In this document: piece after piece, positions 42,201 to 57,200 of the stretch
Layout of the letters: each line of letters opens with the position of its first letter
Position numbering within the stretch: the stretch's first letter is position 1
DNA from: Azolla caroliniana
Lineage: Eukaryota > Plantae > Polypodiophyta
Reading direction: 5' to 3'
DNA: 64,000 nucleotides
Assembly: GCA_043228905.1 (NCBI GenBank)
Contig: JBHGNT010000028.1
Location: 186,001 to 250,000 of the forward strand
Position numbers and translations under genes: made by a program
Notes under the pieces: generated by a model
Databases searched by the model: none
What the model was told of the DNA's origin: nothing
The model's input: only the letters and a program-made list of their open reading frames with translations

Positions 42201-45200
42201 ACACAAAAATCCGATATCACACTCGCCAGATATGAACATTTTAATTTACCTACTAGCTCTTCCCAACTCACTCCTCAAATTTGCTAATTTCGTCATGTCT
42301 CTCGACATGAGTTTCAAAATCTTGATTTTTTAATTCCATATCATAGCTAGCGTTGTTAGCTTCGATTCGCATGTTTGAACACAAAAATCCGATATCACAC
42401 TCGCCAGTTATGAACATTTTAATTTACCTAGTAGCTCTTCCCAACTCCCTCCTAATGTTGCTAATTTCGTCATGTCTCTCGACCTGAGTTTCAAAATCTT
42501 GATTTTTTAATTGCATATCATAGCTAGCGTTGTTAGCTTCGATTCGCATGTTTGAACACAAAAATCCGATATCACACTCGCCAGATATGAACATTTTAAT
42601 TTACCTACTAGCTCTTCCCAACTCACTCCTCAAATTTGGGAATTTCGTCATGTCTCTCGACCTGAGTTTCAAAATCTTGATTTTTTAATTCCATATCGTA
42701 GCTAGCGTTGTTAGCTTCGATTCGCATGTTTGAACACAAAAATCCGATATCACACTCGCCAGTTATGAACATTTTAATTTACCTAGTAGCTCTTCCCAAC
42801 ACCCTCCTAATGTTGCTAATTTCGTCATGTCTCTCGACCTGAGTTTCAAAATCTTGATTTTTTAATTCCATATCATAGCTAGCGTTGTTAGCTTCGATTC
42901 GCATGGTTGAACACAAAAAACCGATATCACACGCACCAGATATGAACATTTTAATTTACCTACTAGCTCTTCCCAACTCACTCCTCAAATTTGGGAATTT
43001 CGTCATGTCTCTCGACCTGAGTTTCAAAATCTTGATTTTTTAATTCCATATCATAGCTAACGTAGTTAGCTTCGATTCGCATGATTGAACACAAAAATCC
43101 GATATCACAGGAGCCAGGTATGATCATTTTAATTTACCTACTAGCTCTTCCCAACTCCCTCCTCATGTTGCTAATTTTGTCATGTCTCTCGACCTGAGTT
43201 TCAAAATCTTGATTTTTTAATTCGAGATCATAGCTAGCATTGTTAGCTTCGATTCGCATGTTTGAACACAAAAATCCGATATCACACTCGCCAGATATGA
43301 ACATTTTAATTTACCTACTAGCTCTTCCCAACTCACTCCTCAAATTTGGGAATTTCGTCATGTCTCTCGACCTGAGTTTCAAAATCTTGATTTTTTAATT
43401 CCATATCGTAGCTAGCGTTGTTAGCTTCGATTCGCATGTTTGAACACAAAAATCCGATATCACACGAGCCAGGTATGATCATTTTAATTTATTCAAGGGC
43501 TCTTCTCAACTCCCTCGTCAAGGTTGCTAATTTCTTCATGTCTCTCGACCTGAGTTTCAAAATCTTGATTTTTTAATTCGAGATCATAGCTAGCATTGTT
43601 AGCTTCAATTCGCATGTTTGAACACAAAAATCCGATATCACACTCGCCAGATATGAACATTTTAATTTACCTACTAGCTCTTCCCAACTCACTCCTCAAA
43701 TTTGCTAATTTCGTCATGTCTCTCGACATGAGTTTCAAAATCTTGATTTTTTAATTCCATATCATAGCTAGCGTTGTTAGCTTCGATTCGCATGTTTGAA
43801 CACAAAAATCCGATATCACACTCGCCAGTTATGAACATTTTAATTTACCTAGTAGCTCTTCCCAACTCCCTCCTAATGTTGCTAATTTCGTCATGTCTCT
43901 CGACCTGAGTTTCAAAATCTTGATTTTTTAATTGCATATCATAGCTAGCGTTGTTAGCTTCGATTCGCATGTTTGAACACAAAAATCCGATATCACACTC
44001 GCCAGATATGAACATTTTAATTTACCTACTAGCTCTTCCCAACTCACTCCTCAAATTTGGGAATTTCGTCATGTCTCTCGACCTGAGTTTCAAAATCTTG
44101 ATTTTTTAATTCCATATCGTAGCTAGCGTTGTTAGCTTCGATTCGCATGTTTGAACACAAAAATCCGATATCACACTCGCCAGTTATGAACATTTTAATT
44201 TACCTAGTAGCTCTTCCCAACTCCCTCCTAATGTTGCTAATTTCGTCATGTCTCTCGACCTGAGTTTCAAAATCTTGATTTTTTAATTCCATATCATAGC
44301 TAGCGTTGTTAGCTTCGATTCGCATGTTTGAACACAAAAATCCGATATCACACTCGCCAGATATGAACATTTTAATTTACCTACTAGCTCTTCCCAACTC
44401 ACTCCTCAAATTTGGGAATTTCGTCATGTCTCTCGACCTGAGTTTCAAAATCTTGATTTTTTAATTCCATATCGTAGCTAGCGTTGTTAGCTTCGATTCG
44501 CATGTTTGAACACAAAAATCCGATATCACACTCGCCAGTTATGAACATTTTAATTTACCTAGTAGCTCTTCCCAACTCCCTCCTAATGTTGCTAATTTCG
44601 TCATGTCTCTCGACCTGAGTTTCAAAATCTTGATTTTTTAATTGCATATCATAGCTAGCGTTGTTAGCTTCGATTCGCATGTTTGAACACAAAAATCCGA
44701 TATCACACTCGCCAGATATGAACATTTTAATTTACCTACTAGCTCTTCCCAACTCACTCCTCAAATTTGGGAATTTCGTCATGTCTCTCGACCTGAGTTT
44801 CAAAATCTTGATTTTTTAATACCATATCGTAGCTAGCGTTGTTAGCTTCGATTCACATGTTTGAACACAAAAATCCGATATCACACGAGCCAGGTATGAT
44901 CATTTTAATTTATTCAAGGGCTCTTCTCAACTCCCTCGTCAAGGTTGCTAATTTCTTCATGTCTCTCGACCTGAGTTTCAAAATCTTGATTTTTTAATTC
45001 GAGATCATAGCTAGCATTGTTAGCTTCAATTCGCATGTTTGAACACAAAAATCCGATATCACACTCGCCAGATATGAACATTTTAATTTACCTACTAGCT
45101 CTTCCCAACTCACTCCTCAAATTTGCTAATTTCGTCATGTCTCTCGACATGAGTTTCAAAATCTTGATTTTTTAATTCCATATCATAGCTAGCGTTGTTA

Positions 45201-48200
45201 GCTTCGATTCGCATGTTTGAACACAAAAATCCGATATCACACTCGCCAGTTATGAACATTTTAATTTACCTAGTAGCTCTTCCCAACTCCCTCCTAATGT
45301 TGCTAATTTCGTCATGTCTCTCGACCTGAGTTTCAAAATCTTGATTTTTTAATTGCATATCATAGCTAGCGTTGTTAGCTTCGATTCGCATGTTTGAACA
45401 CAAAAATCCGATATCACACTCGCCAGATATGAACATTTTAATTTACCTACTAGCTCTTCCCAACTCACTCCTCAAATTTGGGAATTTCGTCATGTCTCTC
45501 GACCTGAGTTTCAAAATCTTGATTTTTTAATTCCATATCGTAGCTAGCGTTGTTAGCTTCGATTCGCATGTTTGAACACAAAAATCCGATATCACACTCG
45601 CCAGTTATGAACATTTTAATTTACCTAGTAGCTCTTCCCAACTCCCTCCTAATGTTGCTAATTTCGTCATGTCTCTCGACCTGAGTTTCAAAATCTTGAT
45701 TTTTTAATTCCATATCATAGCTAGCGTTGTTAGCTTCGATTCGCATGTTTGAACACAAAAATCCGATATCACACTCGCCAGATATGAACATTTTAATTTA
45801 CCTACTAGCTCTTCCCAACTCACTCCTCAAATTTGGGAATTTCGTCATGTCTCTCGACCTGAGTTTCAAAATCTTGATTTTTTAATTCCATATCGTAGCT
45901 AGCGTTGTTAGCTTCGATTCACATGTTTGAACACAAAAATCCGATATCACACGAGCCAGGTATGATCATTTTAATTTATTCAAGGGCTCTTCTCAACTCC
46001 CTCGTCAAGGTTGCTAATTTCTTCATGTCTCTCGACCTGAGTTTCAAAATCTTGATTTTTTAATTCGAGATCATAGCTAGCATTGTTAGCTTCGATTCGC
46101 ATGTTTGAACACAAAAATCCGATATCACACTCGCCAGATATGAACATTTTAATTTACCTACTAGCTCTTCCCAACTCACTCCTCAAATTTGCTAATTTCG
46201 TCATGTCTCTCGACATGAGTTTCAAAATCTTGATTTTTTAATTCCATATCATAGCTAGCGTTGTTAGCTTCGATTCGCATGTTTGAACACAAAAATCCGA
46301 TATCACACTCGCCAGTTATGAACATTTTAATTTACCTAGTAGCTCTTCCCAACTCCCTCCTAATGTTGCTAATTTCGTCATGTCTCTCGACCTGAGTTTC
46401 AAAATCTTGATTTTTTAATTGCATATCATAGCTAGCGTTGTTAGCTTCGATTCGCATGTTTGAACACAAAAATCCGATATCACACTCGCCAGATATGAAC
46501 ATTTTAATTTACCTACTAGCTCTTCCCAACTCACTCCTCAAATTTGGGAATTTCGTCATGTCTCTCGACCTGAGTTTCAAAATCTTGATTTTTTAATTCC
46601 ATATCGTAGCTAGCGTTGTTAGCTTCGATTCGCATGTTTGAACACAAAAATCCGATATCACACTCGCCAGTTATGAACATTTTAATTTACCTAGTAGCTC
46701 TTCCCAACTCCCTCCTAATGTTGCTAATTTCGTCATGTCTCTCGACCTGAGTTTCAAAATCTTGATTTTTTAATTGCATATCATAGCTAGCGTTGTTAGC
46801 TTCGATTCGCATGTTTGAACACAAAAATCCGATATCACACTCGCCAGTTATGAACATTTTAATTTACCTAGTAGCTCTTCCCAACTCCCTCCTAATGTTG
46901 CTAATTTCGTCATGTCTCTCGACCTGAGTTTCAAAATCTTGATTTTTTAATTCCATATCATAGCTAGCGTTGTTAGCTTCGATTCGCATGTTTGAACACA
47001 AAAATCCGATATCACACTCGCCAGATATGAACATTTTAATTTACCTACTAGCTCTTCCCAACTCACTCCTCAAATTTGGGAATTTCGTCATGTCTCTCGA
47101 CCTGAGTTTCAAAATCTTGATTTTTTAATTCGAGATCATAGCTAGCATTGTTAGCTTCGATTCGCATGTTTGAACACAAAAATCCGATATCACACTCGCC
47201 AGATATGAACATTTTAATTTACCTACTAGCTCTTCCCAACTCACTCCTCAAATTTGGGAATTTCGTCATGTCTCTCGACCTGAGTTTCAAAATCTTGATT
47301 TTTTAATTCCATATCGTAGCTAGCGTTGTTAGCTTCGATTCACATGTTTGAACACAAAAATCCGATATCACACGAGCCAGGTATGATCATTTTAATTTAT
47401 TCAAGGGCTCTTCTCAACTCCCTCGTCAAGGTTGCTAATTTCTTCATGTCTCTCGACCTGAGTTTCAAAATCTTGATTTTTTAATTCGAGATCATAGCTA
47501 GCATTGTTAGCTTCGATTCGCATGTTTGAACACAAAAATCCGATATCACACTCGCCAGATATGAACATTTTAATTTACCTACTAGCTCTTCCCAACTCAC
47601 TCCTCAAATTTGCTAATTTCGTCATGTCTCTCGACATGAGTTTCAAAATCTTGATTTTTTAATTCCATATCATAGCTAGCGTTGTTAGCTTCGATTCGCA
47701 TGTTTGAACACAAAAATCCGATATCACACTCGCCAGTTATGAACATTTTAATTTACCTAGTAGCTCTTCCCAACTCCCTCCTAATGTTGCTAATTTCGTC
47801 ATGTCTCTCGACCTGAGTTTCAAAATCTTGATTTTTTAATTGCATATCATAGCTAGCGTTGTTAGCTTCGATTCGCATGTTTGAACCCAAAAATCCGATA
47901 TCACACTCGCCAGATATGAACATTTTAATTTACCTACTAGCTCTTCCCAACTCCCTCCTCAAATTTGGGAATTTCGTCATGTCTCTCGACCTGAGTTTCA
48001 AAATCTTGATTTTTTAATTCCATATCGTAGCTAGCGTTGTTAGCTTCGATTCGCATGTTTGAACACAAAAATCCGATATCACACTCGCCAGTTATGAACA
48101 TTTTAATTTACCTAGTAGCTCTTCCCAACTCCCTCCTAATGTTGCTAATTTCGTCATGTCTCTCGACCTGAGTTTCAAAATCTTGATTTTTTAATTCCAT

Positions 48201-51200
48201 ATCATAGCTAGCGTTGTTAGCTTCGATTCGCATGTTTGAACACAAAAATCCGATATCACACTCGCCAGATATGAACATTTTAATTTACCTACTAGCTCTT
48301 CCCAACTCACTCCTCAAATTTGGGAATTTCGTCATGTCTCTCGACCTGAGTTTCAAAATCTTGATTTTTTAATACCATATCGTAGCTAGCGTTGTTAGCT
48401 TCGATTCACATGTTTGAACACAAAAATCCGATATCACACGAGCCAGGTATGATCATTTTAATTTATTCAAGGGCTCTTCTCAACTCCCTCGTCAAGGTTG
48501 CTAATTTCTTCATGTCTCTCGACCTGAGTTTGAAAATCTTGATTTTTTAATTCGAGATCATAGCTAGCATTGTTAGCTTCAATTCGCATGTTTGAACACA
48601 AAAATCCGATATCACACTCGCCAGATATGAACATTTTAATTTACCTACTAGCTCTTCCCAACTCACTCCTCAAATTTGCTAATTTCGTCATGTCTCTCGA
48701 CATGAGTTTCAAAATCTTGATTTTTTAATTCCATATCGTAGCTAGCGTTGTTAGCTTCGATTCGCATGTTTGAACACAAAAATCCGATATCACACTCGCC
48801 AGTTATGAACATTTTAATTTACCTAGTAGCTCTTCCCAACTCCCTCCTAATGTTGCTAATTTCGTCATGTCTCTCGACCTGAGTTTCAAAATCTTGATTT
48901 TTTAATTGCATATCATAGCTAGCGTTGTTAGCTTCGATTCGCATGTTTGAACACAAAAATCCGATATCACACTCGCCAGATATGAACATTTTAATTTACC
49001 TACTAGCTCTTCCCAACTCACTCCTCAAATTTGGGAATTTCGTCATGTCTCTCGACCTGAGTTTCAAAATCTTGATTTTTTAATTCGAGATCATAGCTAG
49101 CATTGTTAGCTTCGATTCGCATGTTTGAACACAAAAATCCGATATCACACGAGCCAGGTATGATCATTTTAATTTATTCAAGGGCTCTTCTCAACTCCCT
49201 CGTCAAGGTTGCTAATTTCTTCATGTCTCTCGACCTGAGTTTCAAAATCTTGATTTTTTAATTCGAGATCATAGCTAGCATTGTTAGCTTCGATTCGCAT
49301 GTTTGAACACAAAAATCCGATATCACACTCGCCAGATATGAACATTTTAATTTACCTACTAGCTCTTCCCAACTCACTCCTCAAATTTGGGAATTTCGTC
49401 ATGTCTCTCGACCTGAGTTTCAAAATCTTGATTTTTTAATACCATATCGTAGCTAGCGTTGTTAGCTTCGATTCACATGTTTGAACACAAAAATCCGATA
49501 TCACACGAGCCAGGTATGATCATTTTAATTTATTCAAGGGCTCTTCTCAACTCCCTCGTCAAGGTTGCTAATTTCTTCATGTCTCTCGACCTGAGTTTCA
49601 AAATCTTGATTTTTTAATTCGAGATCATAGCTAGCATTGTTAGCTTCGATTCGCATGTTTGAACACAAAAATCCGATATCACACTCGCCAGATATGAACA
49701 TTTTAATTTACCTACTAGCTCTTCCCAACTCACTCCTCAAATTTGCTAATTTCGTCATGTCTCTCGACATGAGTTTCAAAATCTTGATTTTTTAATTCCA
49801 TATCATAGCTAGCGTTGTTAGCTTCGATTCGCATGTTTGAACACAAAAATCCGATATCACACTCGCCAGTTATGAACATTTTAATTTACCTAGTAGCTCT
49901 TCCCAACTCCCTCCTAATGTTGCTAATTTCGTCATGTCTCTCGACCTGAGTTTCAAAATCTTGATTTTTTAATTGCATATCATAGCTAGCGTTGTTAGCT
50001 TCGATTCGCATGTTTGAACACAAAAATCCGATATCACACTCGCCAGATATGAACATTTTAATTTACCTACTAGCTCTTCCCAACTCACTCCTCAAATTTG
50101 GGAATTTCGTCATGTCTCTCGACCTGAGTTTCAAAATCTTGATTTTTTAATTCCATATCGTAGCTAGCGTTGTTAGCTTCGATTCGCATGTTTGAACACA
50201 AAAATCCGATATCACACTCGCCAGTTATGAACATTTTAATTTACCTAGTAGCTCTTCCCAACTCCCTCCTAATGTTGCTAATTTCGTCATGTCTCTCGAC
50301 CTGAGTTTCAAAATCTTGATTTTTTAATTGCATATCATAGCTAGCGTTGTTAGCTTCGATTCGCATGTTTGAACACAAAAATCCGATATCACACTCGCCA
50401 GATATGAACATTTTAATTTACCTACTAGCTCTTCCCAACTCACTCCTCAAATTTGGGAATTTCGTCATGTCTCTCGACCTGAGTTTCAAAATCTTGATTT
50501 TTTAATTCGAGATCATAGCTAGCATTGTTAGCTTCGATTCGCATGTTTGAACACAAAAATCCGATATCACACTCGCCAGATATGAACATTTTAATTTACC
50601 TACTAGCTCTTCCCAACTCACTCCTCAAATTTGGGAATTTCGTCATGTCTCTCGACCTGAGTTTCAAAATCTTGATTTTTTAATTCCATATCGTAGCTAG
50701 CGTTGTTAGCTTCGATTCACATGTTTGAACACAAAAATCCGATATCACACGAGCCAGGTATGATCATTTTAATTTATTCAAGGGCTCTTCTCAACTCCCT
50801 CGTCAAGGTTGCTAATTTCTTCATGTCTCTCGACCTGAGTTTCAAAATCTTGATTTTTTAATTCGAGATCATAGCTAGCATTGTTAGCTTCAATTCGCAT
50901 GTTTGAACACAAAAATCCGATATCACACTCGCCAGATATGAACATTTTAATTTACCTACTAGCTCTTCCCAACTCACTCCTCAAATTTGCTAATTTCGTC
51001 ATGTCTCTCGACATGAGTTTCAAAATCTTGATTTTTTAATTCCATATCATAGCTAGCGTTGTTAGCTTCGATTCGCATGTTTGAACACAAAAATCCGATA
51101 TCACACTCGCCAGTTATGAACATTTTAATTTACCTAGTAGCTCTTCCCAACTCCCTCCTAATGTTGCTAATTTCGTCATGTCTCTCGACCTGAGTTTCAA

Positions 51201-54200
51201 AATCTTGATTTTTTAATTGCATATCATAGCTAGCGTTGTTAGCTTCGATTCGCATGTTTGAACACAAAAATCCGATATCACACTCGCCAGATATGAACAT
51301 TTTAATTTACCTACTAGCTCTTCCCAACTCACTCCTCAAATTTGGGAATTTCGTCATGTCTCTCGACCTGAGTTTCAAAATCTTGATTTTTTAATTCCAT
51401 ATCGTAGCTAGCGTTGTTAGCTTCGATTCGCATGTTTGAACACAAAAATCCGATATCACACTCGCCAGTTATGAACATTTTAATTTACCTAGTAGCTCTT
51501 CCCAACTCCCTCCTAATGTTGCTAATTTCGTCATGTCTCTCGACCTGAGTTTCAAAATCTTGATTTTTTAATTCCATATCATAGCTAGCGTTGTTAGCTT
51601 CGATTCGCATGTTTGAACACAAAAATCCGATATCACACTCGCCAGATATGAACATTTTAATTTACCTACTAGCTCTTCCCAACTCACTCCTCAAATTTGG
51701 GAATTTCGTCATGTCTCTCGACCTGAGTTTCAAAATCTTGATTTTTTAATTCCATATCGTAGCTAGCGTTGTTAGCTTCGATTCACATGTTTGAACACAA
51801 AAATCCGATATCACACGAGCCAGGTATGATCATTTTAATTTATTCAAGGGCTCTTCTCAACTCCCTCGTCAAGGTTGCTAATTTCTTCATGTCTCTCGAC
51901 CTGAGTTTCAAAATCTTGATTTTTTAATTCGAGATCATAGCTAGCATTGTTAGCTTCGATTCGCATGTTTGAACACAAAAATCCGATATCACACTCGCCA
52001 GATATGAACATTTTAATTTACCTACTAGCTCTTCCCAACTCACTCCTCAAATTTGCTAATTTCGTCATGTCTCTCGACATGAGTTTCAAAATCTTGATTT
52101 TTTAATTCCATATCATAGCTAGCGTTGTTAGCTTCGATTCGCATGTTTGAACACAAAAATCCGATATCACACTCGCCAGTTATGAACATTTTAATTTACC
52201 TAGTAGCTCTTCCCAACTCCCTCCTAATGTTGCTAATTTCGTCATGTCTCTCGACCTGAGTTTCAAAATCTTGATTTTTTAATTGCATATCATAGCTAGC
52301 GTTGTTAGCTTCGATTCGCATGTTTGAACACAAAAATCCGATATCACACTCGCCAGATATGAACATTTTAATTTACCTACTAGCTCTTCCCAACTCACTC
52401 CTCAAATTTGGGAATTTCGTCATGTCTCTCGACCTGAGTTTCAAAATCTTGATTTTTTAATACCATATCGTAGCTAGCGTTGTTAGCTTCGATTCACATG
52501 TTTGAACACAAAAATCCGATATCACACGAGCCAGGTATGATCATTTTAATTTATTCAAGGGCTCTTCTCAACTCCCTCGTCAAGGTTGCTAATTTCTTCA
52601 TGTCTCTCGACCTGAGTTTGAAAATCTTGATTTTTTAATTCGAGATCATAGCTAGCATTGTTAGCTTCAATTCGCATGTTTGAACACAAAAATCCGATAT
52701 CACACTCGCCAGATATGAACATTTTAATTTACCTACTAGCTCTTCCCAACTCACTCCTCAAATTTGCTAATTTCGTCATGTCTCTCGACATGAGTTTCAA
52801 AATCTTGATTTTTTAATTCCATATCGTAGCTAGCGTTGTTAGCTTCGATTCGCATGTTTGAACACAAAAATCCGATATCACACTCGCCAGTTATGAACAT
52901 TTTAATTTACCTAGTAGCTCTTCCCAACTCCCTCCTAATGTTGCTAATTTCGTCATGTCTCTCGACCTGAGTTTCAAAATCTTGATTTTTTAATTGCATA
53001 TCATAGCTAGCGTTGTTAGCTTCGATTCGCATGTTTGAACACAAAAATCCGATATCACACTCGCCAGATATGAACATTTTAATTTACCTACTAGCTCTTC
53101 CCAACTCACTCCTCAAATTTGGGAATTTCGTCATGTCTCTCGACCTGAGTTTCAAAATCTTGATTTTTTAATTCGAGATCATAGCTAGCATTGTTAGCTT
53201 CGATTCGCATGTTTGAACACAAAAATCCGATATCACACGAGCCAGGTATGATCATTTTAATTTATTCAAGGGCTCTTCTCAACTCCCTCGTCAAGGTTGC
53301 TAATTTCTTCATGTCTCTCGACCTGAGTTTCAAAATCTTGATTTTTTAATTCGAGATCATAGCTAGCATTGTTAGCTTCGATTCGCATGTTTGAACACAA
53401 AAATCCGATATCACACTCGCCAGATATGAACATTTTAATTTACCTACTAGCTCTTCCCAACTCACTCCTCAAATTTGGGAATTTCGTCATGTCTCTCGAC
53501 CTGAGTTTCAAAATCTTGATTTTTTAATACCATATCGTAGCTAGCGTTGTTAGCTTCGATTCACATGTTTGAACACAAAAATCCGATATCACACGAGCCA
53601 GGTATGATCATTTTAATTTATTCAAGGGCTCTTCTCAACTCCCTCGTCAAGGTTGCTAATTTCTTCATGTCTCTCGACCTGAGTTTCAAAATCTTGATTT
53701 TTTAATTCGAGATCATAGCTAGCATTGTTAGCTTCGATTCGCATGTTTGAACACAAAAATCCGATATCACACTCGCCAGATATGAACATTTTAATTTACC
53801 TACTAGCTCTTCCCAACTCACTCCTCAAATTTGCTAATTTCGTCATGTCTCTCGACATGAGTTTCAAAATCTTGATTTTTTAATTCCATATCATAGCTAG
53901 CGTTGTTAGCTTCGATTCGCATGTTTGAACACAAAAATCCGATATCACACTCGCCAGTTATGAACATTTTAATTTACCTAGTAGCTCTTCCCAACTCCCT
54001 CCTAATGTTGCTAATTTCGTCATGTCTCTCGACCTGAGTTTCAAAATCTTGATTTTTTAATTGCATATCATAGCTAGCGTTGTTAGCTTCGATTCGCATG
54101 TTTGAACACAAAAATCCGATATCACACTCGCCAGATATGAACATTTTAATTTACCTACTAGCTCTTCCCAACTCACTCCTCAAATTTGGGAATTTCGTCA

Positions 54201-57200
54201 TGTCTCTCGACCTGAGTTTCAAAATCTTGATTTTTTAATTCCATATCGTAGCTAGCGTTGTTAGCTTCGATTCGCATGTTTGAACACAAAAATCCGATAT
54301 CACACTCGCCAGTTATGAACATTTTAATTTACCTAGTAGCTCTTCCCAACTCCCTCCTAATGTTGCTAATTTCGTCATGTCTCTCGACCTGAGTTTCAAA
54401 ATCTTGATTTTTTAATTGCATATCATAGCTAGCGTTGTTAGCTTCGATTCGCATGTTTGAACACAAAAATCCGATATCACACTCGCCAGATATGAACATT
54501 TTAATTTACCTACTAGCTCTTCCCAACTCACTCCTCAAATTTGGGAATTTCGTCATGTCTCTCGACCTGAGTTTCAAAATCTTGATTTTTTAATTCGAGA
54601 TCATAGCTAGCATTGTTAGCTTCGATTCGCATGTTTGAACACAAAAATCCGATATCACACTCGCCAGATATGAACATTTTAATTTACCTACTAGCTCTTC
54701 CCAACTCACTCCTCAAATTTGGGAATTTCGTCATGTCTCTCGACCTGAGTTTCAAAATCTTGATTTTTTAATTCCATATCGTAGCTAGCGTTGTTAGCTT
54801 CGATTCACATGTTTGAACACAAAAATCCGATATCACACGAGCCAGGTATGATCATTTTAATTTATTCAAGGGCTCTTCTCAACTCCCTCGTCAAGGTTGC
54901 TAATTTCTTCATGTCTCTCGACCTGAGTTTCAAAATCTTGATTTTTTAATTCGAGATCATAGCTAGCATTGTTAGCTTCAATTCGCATGTTTGAACACAA
55001 AAATCCGATATCACACTCGCCAGATATGAACATTTTAATTTACCTACTAGCTCTTCCCAACTCACTCCTCAAATTTGCTAATTTCGTCATGTCTCTCGAC
55101 ATGAGTTTCAAAATCTTGATTTTTTAATTCCATATCATAGCTAGCGTTGTTAGCTTCGATTCGCATGTTTGAACACAAAAATCCGATATCACACTCGCCA
55201 GTTATGAACATTTTAATTTACCTAGTAGCTCTTCCCAACTCCCTCCTAATGTTGCTAATTTCGTCATGTCTCTCGACCTGAGTTTCAAAATCTTGATTTT
55301 TTAATTGCATATCATAGCTAGCGTTGTTAGCTTCGATTCGCATGTTTGAACACAAAAATCCGATATCACACTCGCCAGATATGAACATTTTAATTTACCT
55401 ACTAGCTCTTCCCAACTCACTCCTCAAATTTGGGAATTTCGTCATGTCTCTCGACCTGAGTTTCAAAATCTTGATTTTTTAATACCATATCGTAGCTAGC
55501 GTTGTTAGCTTCGATTCACATGTTTGAACACAAAAATCCGATATCACACGAGCCAGGTATGATCATTTTAATTTATTCAAGGGCTCTTCTCAACTCCCTC
55601 GTCAAGGTTGCTAATTTCTTCATGTCTCTCGACCTGAGTTTGAAAATCTTGATTTTTTAATTCGAGATCATAGCTAGCATTGTTAGCTTCAATTCGCATG
55701 TTTGAACACAAAAATCCGATATCACACTCGCCAGATATGAACATTTTAATTTACCTACTAGCTCTTCCCAACTCACTCCTCAAATTTGCTAATTTCGTCA
55801 TGTCTCTCGACATGAGTTTCAAAATCTTGATTTTTTAATTCCATATCGTAGCTAGCGTTGTTAGCTTCGATTCGCATGTTTGAACACAAAAATCCGATAT
55901 CACACTCGCCAGTTATGAACATTTTAATTTACCTAGTAGCTCTTCCCAACTCCCTCCTAATGTTGCTAATTTCGTCATGTCTCTCGACCTGAGTTTCAAA
56001 ATCTTGATTTTTTAATTGCATATCATAGCTAGCGTTGTTAGCTTCGATTCGCATGTTTGAACACAAAAATCCGATATCACACTCGCCAGATATGAACATT
56101 TTAATTTACCTACTAGCTCTTCCCAACTCACTCCTCAAATTTGGGAATTTCGTCATGTCTCTCGACCTGAGTTTCAAAATCTTGATTTTTTAATTCGAGA
56201 TCATAGCTAGCATTGTTAGCTTCGATTCGCATGTTTGAACACAAAAATCCGATATCACACGAGCCAGGTATGATCATTTTAATTTATTCAAGGGCTCTTC
56301 TCAACTCCCTCGTCAAGGTTGCTAATTTCTTCATGTCTCTCGACCTGAGTTTCAAAATCTTGATTTTTTAATTCGAGATCATAGCTAGCATTGTTAGCTT
56401 CGATTCGCATGTTTGAACACAAAAATCCGATATCACACTCGCCAGATATGAACATTTTAATTTACCTACTAGCTCTTCCCAACTCACTCCTCAAATTTGG
56501 GAATTTCGTCATGTCTCTCGACCTGAGTTTCAAAATCTTGATTTTTTAATACCATATCGTAGCTAGCGTTGTTAGCTTCGATTCACATGTTTGAACACAA
56601 AAATCCGATATCACACGAGCCAGGTATGATCATTTTAATTTATTCAAGGGCTCTTCTCAACTCCCTCGTCAAGGTTGCTAATTTCTTCATGTCTCTCGAC
56701 CTGAGTTTCAAAATCTTGATTTTTTAATTCGAGATCATAGCTAGCATTGTTAGCTTCGATTCGCATGTTTGAACACAAAAATCCGATATCACACTCGCCA
56801 GATATGAACATTTTAATTTACCTACTAGCTCTTCCCAACTCACTCCTCAAATTTGCTAATTTCGTCATGTCTCTCGACATGAGTTTCAAAATCTTGATTT
56901 TTTAATTCCATATCATAGCTAGCGTTGTTAGCTTCGATTCGCATGTTTGAACACAAAAATCCGATATCACACTCGCCAGTTATGAACATTTTAATTTACC
57001 TAGTAGCTCTTCCCAACTCCCTCCTAATGTTGCTAATTTCGTCATGTCTCTCGACCTGAGTTTCAAAATCTTGATTTTTTAATTGCATATCATAGCTAGC
57101 GTTGTTAGCTTCGATTCGCATGTTTGAACACAAAAATCCGATATCACACTCGCCAGATATGAACATTTTAATTTACCTACTAGCTCTTCCCAACTCACTC

